A DNA stretch of 64,000 nt from an uncultured delta proteobacterium (GTDB lineage: Bacteria; Desulfobacterota; RBG-13-43-22), in assembly GCA_963790475.1 (NCBI GenBank), contig CAWBOS010000010.1, positions 1,056,001-1,120,000 of the forward strand, read 5' to 3'. Under the pieces are notes generated by a model. That model saw only the letters and a list, made by a program, of their open reading frames with translations. It did not search any database and was not told where the DNA came from. The translations under genes and the position numbers were made by a program. Each line of letters begins with the position of its first letter. Position 1 is the stretch's first letter. Of the stretch, positions 49,277 through 57,485 are shown in pieces.

Positions 49277-50836
49277 ATGCGGGTTGGTATCTATAATCGG
49301 TGGTTGAAAACCCTAGGGGGAGGCGAAAAACTCAGCCTGGCCATAGCCGAATATCTGTCCCAAAGACATTCGGTTACCATGATCAGTCATAGACCGGTAT
49401 CCAAGGATCTGGCAGCAGACCATTTAAAAATAGATCTTTCTAAAGTTCAATTTAAAATTACCCCGGAACGTCCGGCGATTGAGATTGAGCCAGTCACCGC
49501 CGACTACGACCTTTTCATCAATGCCTCCTTCATGGACCTTTTTCCTTCCCGAGCCTCTCATAATGTCCTTTTAGTCTATTTCCCTGGTTCCATTAAAAGG
49601 ACTGTCTTAACCAAAATCAGATTACAAATAGGGAAAGTCATTAAAAAAAGTTTAATGTTGCCTACCTTCGTTGATTGTGTTTTTGATATCCAAACCTCAA
49701 GCAGGTCTTTTTTAAGGGCCGTTAGTTCAACGGTAAAAATACTCCTTCCTTCCAGTCGCTCGGCTTTTAGTGTACATTTCGATCTGGCTTCGGAATGTGC
49801 CGATATCCGGCAAGCCACCATATCCTTAGATGGTGAGCCGGTGGAAACAATCGACCTCCCTCCGGAAAGAAAATTCATCCATTATCGGGTTGATGTCCAG
49901 GCAAAAAAAACTAACGCATTTCGTGAGTTGATTATTCAAGGCCGGACCAAGAGGCAGGGGAACGATAATCAGGCGGTTCAAATGGCCTTGTCCGGCTTTG
50001 AAATTGATCATCCGCGTTATCACCTTTATCAAATTCTTTTTGAACGAAAACTTAAAAAATTGGGGCTTCGCCTTTATCGCATTCCCGGGAAATCCGGTTC
50101 TATGCTTGAAAGTATTGATAGCTATACGGCCATTTGGGCCATTTCCGAGTTTACCCGAACCTGGATTGAAAGGTATTGGAAGCGTCCGAGTGTGATTCTT
50201 TATCCTCTGGTAGATGTTGAAAGTTTTAGTCCTCTACAAAAAAAAAATCAGATACTCAATGTGGGACGTTTTTTCCCCGGAGGTCATAACAAAAAACATC
50301 TGGAAATGATTAAAGTCTTTAAAGAGATGGTGAAACAAGGCCTTACGGGATGGGAATTTCATCTGGCCGGAGGGACCAACATTAACAGCAATGACGATAA
50401 AAAATATTTAAATAAGGTTTATGCCCGGGCCAAAGGCTATCCTATCATAATCCACCCCAATATTCCCTTCGAAGATTTGGTAACCCTATATGGGGAAAGC
50501 GCCATTTATTGGCACGCCAGCGGGCTTAATGAAAATGAAGATCGTGAACCGGTTAAATTTGAACATTTCGGCATCACCACGGTTGAGGCCATGGCATCCG
50601 GCTGTGTGCCGGTAGTGATCGGAAAGGGGGGACAAAGGGAGATTGTCAAACATGGCCGGAATGGTTTTTTGTGGAAGGACCTTGATGAATTAAAGACTTT
50701 TACCTGGCAAGTAGTTAAAGACCCTTCCTTATTTCAAAGACTGTCTGAAGCGGCCATGAATGACAGCCATCTCTTTGATAAGATCCATTTCGAGTCCAAC
50801 CTCCAAGAATTAGTCCGACAAATAGGGTTTGAATAA
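49277..50836 (+). CDS. GT4 glycosyltransferase with an internal insertion
   Basis: LGGGEK, NVGRFF..GHNKK and EHFGITTVEAM..GCVP motifs. Confidence 0.87.
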   Translation: MRVGIYNRWLKTLGGGEKLSLAIAEYLSQRHSVTMISHRPVSKDLAADHLKIDLSKVQFKITPERPAIEIEPVTADYDLFINASFMDLFPSRASHNVLLVYFPGSIKRTVLTKIRLQIGKVIKKSLMLPTFVDCVFDIQTSSRSFLRAVSSTVKILLPSSRSAFSVHFDLASECADIRQATISLDGEPVETIDLPPERKFIHYRVDVQAKKTNAFRELIIQGRTKRQGNDNQAVQMALSGFEIDHPRYHLYQILFERKLKKLGLRLYRIPGKSGSMLESIDSYTAIWAISEFTRTWIERYWKRPSVILYPLVDVESFSPLQKKNQILNVGRFFPGGHNKKHLEMIKVFKEMVKQGLTGWEFHLAGGTNINSNDDKKYLNKVYARAKGYPIIIHPNIPFEDLVTLYGESAIYWHASGLNENEDREPVKFEHFGITTVEAMASGCVPVVIGKGGQREIVKHGRNGFLWKDLDELKTFTWQVVKDPSLFQRLSEAAMNDSHLFDKIHFESNLQELVRQIGFE

Positions 50837-50849
50837 AAAAAATGTTGAC

Positions 50850-51836
50850 ATGAAAGCCCCTCTGGTCTCGGTCATTATCGTTAACTGGAACGGTCGGAAG
50901 GTTTTGAATCGATGCCTGACCGCAATAGCAGCCCAGGATTTTAAGGATTTCGAGGTCATTGTTATTGATAACGGCTCAACGGACGGCTCGGTGGACGGGT
51001 TGGAGGTTGATTGGCCGGATACTCGGGTAATACCGCTGAAAGAAAACCGGGGCTTTGCCGCAGCCAACAATTTGGGGGCCGAGTTGGCTCAAGGGACCTG
51101 GATAGCCCTACTCAATAATGACGCCTTCCCTTCACCCGGATGGCTTGATGCCCTGGTTTCGGCTGCCGCAAAAAATCCGGAGTTTACTTTCTTCGCCTCT
51201 TGTCTAACCATGGCCCGACAGGGTGAATATCTGGATGGAATGGGGGATGTCTATCATGGGAGCGGCATGGCCTGGCGCCGAGGACATGGGCAACTACAAA
51301 GAGACCAACATACCGAACCGTCCGAAGTTTTTGGACCCTGTGCCGCAGCCGCCCTTTATCCCCGGGAAATATTCATCCAGACAGGCGGTTTTGATGAGAC
51401 ATTTTTTTGCTATCATGAGGATGTAGACCTCGCTTTCCGGCTGCGTTTGCAGGGACACCGCTGCCTCTATGTGCCTGAGGCCCTGGTCGAACATGTCGGC
51501 TCCGGCAGCCAGGGGGCTCATAGTGATTTTGTGCTCTATCACGGTCATCGGAATTTGATCTGGACTTATTTCAAAAATATGCCGGCCTCTCTCTTCTGGC
51601 GCTACCTGCCGGCTCATCTGATGCTTAATATAATCTCCCTGCTTTGGTTCTCCTTAAAAGGGCATGGCCGGGCTATCTGGAGGGCCAAATGGGATGCCAT
51701 CCGGGGGCTTCCCGTCGTCCTAAAAAAACGACGGCAAATCCAGAGGGGGAGACAAGCTTCCATTTCCGAAATCAATCGAGCCATGGATCACGGCTGGTTA
51801 AACCCCTATTTATCCGGCAAAAAAAGACGAGCCTGA
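50850..51836 (+). CDS. GT2 glycosyltransferase (rhamnosyltransferase-like)
   Basis: IIVNWNG, DNGSTDGS, LLNNDA and GGFDETFFCYHEDVDLAFR motifs. Confidence 0.9.
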   Translation: MKAPLVSVIIVNWNGRKVLNRCLTAIAAQDFKDFEVIVIDNGSTDGSVDGLEVDWPDTRVIPLKENRGFAAANNLGAELAQGTWIALLNNDAFPSPGWLDALVSAAAKNPEFTFFASCLTMARQGEYLDGMGDVYHGSGMAWRRGHGQLQRDQHTEPSEVFGPCAAAALYPREIFIQTGGFDETFFCYHEDVDLAFRLRLQGHRCLYVPEALVEHVGSGSQGAHSDFVLYHGHRNLIWTYFKNMPASLFWRYLPAHLMLNIISLLWFSLKGHGRAIWRAKWDAIRGLPVVLKKRRQIQRGRQASISEINRAMDHGWLNPYLSGKKRRA

Positions 51837-51847
51837 ATAAAGGCTTT

Positions 51848-51978
51848 GAGACCTTTGAAAAAGTATCCCATTACGTCATACCGGCGAAAGCCGGTATCCA
51901 GAACCAATTAAAAACACTGGATTCCGTGTCAAGCACGGAATGACGAAAAGGAAATTGGCATAATAATTCAAAGGTCTC
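51848..51978. mobile_element. MITE-like element with 12-bp terminal inverted repeats enclosing a REP-like hairpin
   Basis: GAGACCTTTGAA...TTCAAAGGTCTC ends; internal cgtcataccggcgaaagccggtatccag...ctggattccgtgtcaagcacggaatgacg. Confidence 0.7.
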
Positions 51979-52059
51979 GCTTTGTTTGGCTGCAATGGGC
52001 TAACCGTCTCCTTTATTTCTAATTATTTTTATCATATATGGATGTGTGACAAGTCCCAT

Positions 52060-52104
52060 GAATAGAAAAGGCAGAATCCTTATAGAATCCTGCCTTTTCT
52101 ATTC
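52060..52104. terminator. Intrinsic terminator between convergent genes (likely bidirectional)
   Basis: gaatagaaaaggcag...ctgccttttctattc hairpin. Confidence 0.7.
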
Positions 52105-52124
52105 TATAGTTGCAAAATTTTTTT

Positions 52125-52880
52125 TTACTTCTTAAATCTTCTACCGAAGCCAACTAAGCCTATTAAACCCATGCCCATAAGCAAGAGGGAAGCGGGTTCG
52201 GGAACGCTATTTACGGTCAGTTCCCAATCTTCTGTCTCACCCTGATATAAACCCATATATTGACCAGCCCCAATTCCCCATTGGTCTGCTAAGTTTGGAT
52301 TTTGGTAACTTGTAACATCTGTCGGTCCGAAATTTTTGAGGTCGTAATTGATACTTTCGTTACAAGTCACCCGGGCTCGCAACCAGTAATCACCGTCAGT
52401 ATTAAATATTATTGGGTCGGAAGTAAACAACATCTCAATCCCAGCAGGGCCATCACCTTTTACATAATGGGAATCATTCGTGAAATCCCATTCGCCGGTA
52501 ATGAAAGGGAGTTCATCAAAGTTACCTTTTTGATCCATGTCTATCCATGCTCTCAGATAATCTGTAAGATGATTACCCCATTCTGCTTTATACATAACAA
52601 ACTGGAACACAACTGAGTCCCCACTAGAAATCGCACCATTACCAAAAGCCCCACCGTTGAGGGACCAAGACACGCCATCATCTACATCACCATTATTTGC
52701 TATTGGACTACTTTCTGCAGTCCATGTTGTGCCTAATCTTTGCCAATTGGGGCTATAATTAGATGCGATGCCATAACTCGCCGGTGCATCACCATAGTCG
52801 AAGGGCACTGCCCAAAGGTTACCGGTGCAGACCCCGATGGCCAGGCAAGACAAAAATAATACTCTTAATGTTGTTTTCAT
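52125..52880 (-). CDS. PEP-CTERM exosortase-sorted protein with GEVED-like domain
   Basis: Signal peptide, DYGDAPASYG, LRAWID, WLRAR and GETED motifs; C-terminal VPEPASLLLMGMGLIGLVGFGRRFKK. Confidence 0.92.
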   Translation of the reverse strand: MKTTLRVLFLSCLAIGVCTGNLWAVPFDYGDAPASYGIASNYSPNWQRLGTTWTAESSPIANNGDVDDGVSWSLNGGAFGNGAISSGDSVVFQFVMYKAEWGNHLTDYLRAWIDMDQKGNFDELPFITGEWDFTNDSHYVKGDGPAGIEMLFTSDPIIFNTDGDYWLRARVTCNESINYDLKNFGPTDVTSYQNPNLADQWGIGAGQYMGLYQGETEDWELTVNSVPEPASLLLMGMGLIGLVGFGRRFKK

Positions 52881-52964
52881 TTTCTTTCCTCCCGGGTCAA
52901 CCAATTGCTAATTTCACTGGTATTAAATCTCTTTTAAGCTTAATTGCCCCATATCTTGTTACAT

Positions 52965-53040
52965 CGTCATTCAGGCGAATCCCGGATGAAATCCGGGACA
53001 GGCGCAGGAGTCCATATCAAAAAATACCGGCTTCCAAGTC
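52965..53040. repeat. Degenerate REP-like palindrome
   Basis: cgtcattcaggcgaatcccggatgaaatccgggacaggcgcaggagtcca. Confidence 0.5.
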
Positions 53041-53216
53041 AACCCCTTAATTACATTGACGAAATTAACTGAATCCCTCACTGTTTTTTAACGATCTTTT
53101 TATTTAATAAAAGCACATTTTTGTACCTTATGCTTATAATATTTCTACTTTTTTCTAAACCATTTTTTGCTTCTTGTCAATGCCTTTATTATTCTCTTCT
53201 CTATGTAATATTTATT

Positions 53217-53233
53217 TGCAAACCATATGCCAA
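53217..53233 (-). promoter_or_regulatory. Sigma-54 (-24/-12) promoter of the PEP-CTERM gene
   Basis: Minus strand TTGGCATATGGTTTGCA with GG-N10-GC spacing. PEP-CTERM genes are known sigma-54 targets. Confidence 0.75.
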
Positions 53234-53430
53234 TTATTATTAATTTATAACCAACTAAATTTACTTATAAAAAAAATAAGGCCATTTTGATACTACCATA
53301 AAAGTCAAAGAAAATACCACTTAAGTGAAACGAAATACCATTGTTAAGCGATTAGTTACCGTTTTTGGGGGGGGAATTCCTTTTCCACATTATTGAATAA
53401 AAAAATATATTCCGAACTTATACTTCCCAA

Positions 53431-53511
53431 CCTGTGACGTCATGCCGGACTTGATCCGGCATCCAGGAATTAAAAACTCTAGATTCCGGCTTTCGCCGGA
53501 ATGACATCAGG
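53431..53511. repeat. REP-like palindromic element
   Basis: gtcatgccggacttgatccggcatccag...attccggctttcgccggaatgac. Confidence 0.7.
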
Positions 53512-53529
53512 TGCACATATTTATCTTTT

Positions 53530-53764
53530 TTAGTCCGAAAATAGGTTCCGAGGCGACTCGTTGATCCAGCCTATTTTCATGTTTCGTGGTGTCACGCCAC
53601 AAAAAGCGTGGCATGACGGTTTAGTCCGAAAATAGGATTCAGGTTCGACCTGCTCCCGGCCCTATTTTCATGTCCCGGCATCCTAAGGGATGCCTCCTGT
53701 TAAGGTCGGTAAAACCGACCGCATCGTGGTGCCTCGCCCCCATAGGCGGGGCATGGCGGTTTAA
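53530..53764. mobile_element. Two tandem hairpin-rich MITE-like units bounded by TTAG/TTAA
   Basis: ttagtccgaaaatagg...cctattttcatgt...cgtggtg...gcatg[ag]cggt starts at 53530 and again at 53621. Confidence 0.6.
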
Positions 53765-54468
53765 TATAAATTGGAATTTGAAAACTTTTCATACAAACGA
53801 CCGATCATCAGATCCTCGGATCCCATGAAATATTTAACGTGCTCCTGCGCCATAGAAAATCCATTTTTACTGATATATTCTGCAAATCTTTGACTTAAAA
53901 CATAAAATTTTCCACTGAAATAATCAGGCATGTCTGCATCACCAAATAATTTTTCGTAGTTAATTATTCCGCCTTTCCTGGCCGCCCAATTTTCTGCTCC
54001 CTCCTTCCCCGCCTTTATTAATGTGAACCCCCTGTAGTCAGTGTAATATTCCAAGCTTATCAATAATTGCATCAGTTCGTTCTCATCAATTCTTTTATGG
54101 GCATCATCGTTTGGTAAATTTAAACCGGTCACAACAGAAGTGACATCAACCTTGATAAGGTGTTTGAATCTAAAGTTGGTCACAATATAAGCAATCATCA
54201 TGTACGTTTTTAAACTCAAATTTTCGTATTTTTCTTCTGTACATAATATTAGTTTATTTCCGCGGAGTAAAGATCTCTCAATATCCGGGTTAGCATATAT
54301 CTCGATTATCCTGGTGCTTGGCAAATTTTGGAGAAAAACCCCCAATTTAGATGCATAGAATTGCGGCAACAAATGTCGATGATTTTGACACGTATATATG
54401 CAAACCAATAAACTAATTTTATCTTTAGCGAGTGTCTTAAAAAGATTTAGTATGCGAGAACAAATCAT
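53761..54468 (-). CDS. GT31/galactosyltransferase-like protein
   Basis: E.YENLSLKT, HLIKVD, YFSGKFYVLS and SEDLMIG motifs resemble GT31. Confidence 0.55.
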   Translation of the reverse strand: MICSRILNLFKTLAKDKISLLVCIYTCQNHRHLLPQFYASKLGVFLQNLPSTRIIEIYANPDIERSLLRGNKLILCTEEKYENLSLKTYMMIAYIVTNFRFKHLIKVDVTSVVTGLNLPNDDAHKRIDENELMQLLISLEYYTDYRGFTLIKAGKEGAENWAARKGGIINYEKLFGDADMPDYFSGKFYVLSQRFAEYISKNGFSMAQEHVKYFMGSEDLMIGRLYEKFSNSNLY

Positions 54469-54839
54469 TAATCTAAGAGTTATTATCTCTTTTCCATCTG
54501 AATATGTACGTTTTTAAACGCCGGCGTTTAGAGCAGGATACTCCGGTTCATTGAAAAAAATAGAAATCCTCCTCAATTTAGATACAATTGATGATATGAT
54601 TACCTGAGGTGGCAAGTCTGGTAACTTTGCTACGGATAGGCCCTTTGATTTGCAAACAAAAAACCCCTTTAGAATTGTTGGCTGTTTGGGGTCGCATAAG
54701 TTCGAAACAATATAGCCATATTTAAATATAACAGTAGAATAAGACTCCATTTTTTTAAGTAATTATCATCTCAAGGTACCTATTTTGTCAAACAAAATTT
54801 CTTCTGACTACCGTTTCATCTTTAAACCATAAATTAAAA

Positions 54840-54996
54840 GGTCTTAATGCCCGGCCGGCCCTTTCCCATGTCAACACCTCTTCAAGAAATATACTCTCGA
54901 CTCGGGGTCGATTCGGTTGGATAGACCTTCATCGTATGGAACTTTCATCCACTACTTTCTGCTGGTCTCCCGCTCCACCAACTTCGAGGTTTATCA
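54840..54996 (-). mobile_element. Probable group II intron 5' (domain I) remnant, with no RT
   Basis: Minus strand ...GGAGCGGGAGACCAGCAGAAAGTAGTGGATGAAAGTTCCATACGATGAAGGTCTATCCAACCGAATCGACCCCGAGTC...GTTGACATGGGAAAGGGCCGGCCGGGCATT resembles conserved bacterial group II intron 5' sequence (recognised from memory). Confidence 0.55.
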
Positions 54997-55279
54997 TGAG
55001 GCAACAATTGTCCACTTCAGATCGCTGATGATAGCCGGTGAACCCCGGCTCCCGATAGCGATCCCATCCATCAACCAGATGAAGACCTGCCCACTTGTGG
55101 CATGACGCCAGAGAATGTCGGCCTTGCCGTCCCCGTTGAAATCACCCAGGCCCTTGATCTCCCAGTTTTCGTCAGTCACCAAGCCCAACGAACTCTGATC
55201 CAGCCGGAGCTATTAAAAGAAAATGGAACAATAGGCATGAAAATAAATTGAAAATGATTTTGGATTGACTGAGCGACAT
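54994..55279 (-). pseudogene. FG-GAP protein remnant (leader fused to the last repeat)
   Basis: A short hydrophobic leader with stop codons is joined to WEIKGLGDFNGDGKADILWRH...W.IVAS. Confidence 0.7.
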
Positions 55280-55375
55280 ATGGGAAGAGTCAGAGCCCGG
55301 TTTGCAACACCGGTCAAAGAGAACTGGAAATTTAACTTTCAAAATTGATCAAAGGTCTTCAATATTTTTTATTCA

Positions 55376-56656
55376 CTATGGGAAAATCATGGTCCAATTA
55401 CTGTCGCCAACTGTCCCGGACGAGCCCATGGAAACAAGAGTGGTGCCGTTCATCAGCCAGATGTATAATTGGCCGGTAGTAATATGGCGCCAGAAGATGT
55501 CCGCCTGACCATCCCCATTGAAATCACCCACTCCTTTAATCTGCCAATTCAGATCGCTCAAGATTCCCGGAGAACCGTCGGAAGTAATAGTAGTGCCATT
55601 CATCAGCCAAATAAAGACCTGTCCGCTAATGGAATGCCGCCAGAGAATATCCGTCTTCCCATCCCCGTTGAAATCGCCGATCCCTTTGATCTCCCAGTTC
55701 AGGTCGCTGATGGTTGCCGGGGAACCCTGCGAGGCAATAGCGGTCCCATCCATCAGCCAGATGTAGATCTGCCCAGAGACGGCATGCCGCCAGAGGATAT
55801 CCGCCTTGCCGTCCCCGTTGAAGTCCCCTACCCCTTTAATCTCCCAGCCCAGATCGATCGTTCCCAGCGAACCCTGGGAAGCAATAGCGGTATCATTCAT
55901 CAACCAGACATATAACTGGCCGCTTACAACATTCCTCCAGAGAATATCGGCCTTGCCGTCCCCGTTGAAGTCCCCCACCCCTTTGATCTCCCAGCCCAGA
56001 TCGACCGTTCCCGGCAAACCGGTGGACGCAATTGTGGTGCCATTCATCAGCCAGATGGATACCTGCCCGGTCGCTTGGTTCCGCAACAGAAGATCCACGG
56101 TACCGTCGCCGTTGAAATCTCCTGTGCCTATAAGTTCCCAATTGGTGTCGTAGTTGGGAACAATCAGGACCGATCCGGTCGGCGTGACCCCATTCATATA
56201 CCAGACACCAATCTGTCCATTCTGGTTATTTCTCCACAGCAGGTCCGTCTTCCCGTCATTGTTGAAATCTACCTTCGTCTTGATCTGGATACCCGCCGAA
56301 GAAATATTAAAACTCACCTCATTGGAGTATCCGCTCTCTTGACCGTTCGCATTATAAGCGGTTGCTGAGGCATAGTAAATCGTCCCTAGGCCGAGGCCGG
56401 TTAACGTGTAGGTGGTGACATTGCCAACATTGATGTTCCACTGGTAATTTCCTGATTGCGTCCCATAATAGATCTTATAGCCGGCCAGGTCTGCTTCGCT
56501 ATTGGCGTCCCAGGCGAGTGTGATCTGGGCACAATGACCTTCAGGATAAGGAAGGAACGAAATAATCCCAAAGAATAGGAATGACAGGATTAAGGGAAAA
56601 AAAGATATACCGAAGGATAGGGATCGCTTGGAGAAACTTTCTAATTTCCGTGTCAT
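55376..56656 (-). CDS. Secreted fibronectin-III + 6x FG-GAP/VCBS protein
   Basis: Signal peptide, TLAWDAN.E.DLAGYKIYYG...ESGYSNEV (Fn3), then six DF..DG..D repeats. Confidence 0.9.
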   Translation of the reverse strand: MTRKLESFSKRSLSFGISFFPLILSFLFFGIISFLPYPEGHCAQITLAWDANSEADLAGYKIYYGTQSGNYQWNINVGNVTTYTLTGLGLGTIYYASATAYNANGQESGYSNEVSFNISSAGIQIKTKVDFNNDGKTDLLWRNNQNGQIGVWYMNGVTPTGSVLIVPNYDTNWELIGTGDFNGDGTVDLLLRNQATGQVSIWLMNGTTIASTGLPGTVDLGWEIKGVGDFNGDGKADILWRNVVSGQLYVWLMNDTAIASQGSLGTIDLGWEIKGVGDFNGDGKADILWRHAVSGQIYIWLMDGTAIASQGSPATISDLNWEIKGIGDFNGDGKTDILWRHSISGQVFIWLMNGTTITSDGSPGILSDLNWQIKGVGDFNGDGQADIFWRHITTGQLYIWLMNGTTLVSMGSSGTVGDSNWTMIFP

Positions 56657-56806
56657 GACAACATTTCAGCCTTTATAAATTTCTTGATTCACAAGCCAGA
56701 GTACGAAAGGTGTGCCTGGAAACCCTTCTTAGGGAATTATTCCTAAGAAGTTAGCTCTCTTAAGATATCTCTTAAATCAAGTCAAAAAGATTTAACCTAA
56801 TCTTTA

Positions 56807-56823
56807 TGCAAATATTATGCTAG
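56807..56823 (-). promoter_or_regulatory. Degenerate sigma-54-like promoter
   Basis: Minus strand CTAGCATAATATTTGCA: -24 GG is changed to AG, in the position equivalent to the paralog's promoter. Confidence 0.35.
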
Positions 56824-57485
56824 ACACAGAAAATATATATCTAATCGAAATAACAGTAGATAATTTTAAAAAAAGTTATGACGGCAAGAAGAAATAACAC
56901 TTTCCCCTACATGGATGACCTAAGTTTGCAGGAAAATACCTTCACCTTAATTAGAGTTCTTAAAGTTTTCAATATTAAAACCGTGCTTTTTGAGAAGATC
57001 AAAGAAATAGATAAGTTACGACGAATTTAGTTGCCATATTTATAGTACCTAACAAGTTTCGAGGATATGAGTCAGCTCTTTATATTTATGTGTATTCTGT
57101 CCTGATTGAGTGGCTACAGGGTCTGGAGAGTAATAAAAATGTCCGCTGATGAAGAATAAGGACCATGTCCTGCCGGTCATGGCTATAACGTATTTAATGG
57201 TATTTTCCAATTCCCTACAGGACCCGGCCGTGCATGAAGCATCATTCTTTACATAGGTAACGGCGTCAATACTTTGACTGTCTTTATTCATTTACCGGCT
57301 GATTTTTCACGGAACTCCTGAATTAGGGGAGGAATATGAGGGTTCACTCCGGTTGGGGGATCAAAACAAGTGAATAAGCTCTGAGTCTATATGCTTAAGA
57401 GATAAGGCTTGATTTCCTGGCTAATGTTTAATGGTCATTATATAATTTTAAATTTGACGATGAATTCTATAAATTAATTATTGGG

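Noticed and set aside
53530-53764. Mini-CRISPR
   Set aside because: Only two units, with internal conserved arms and hairpins; this fits a MITE-like element better.
57049-57291. 80-aa minus-strand ORF
   Set aside because: Looks like a fragment of a secreted protein but has no supportable assignment.
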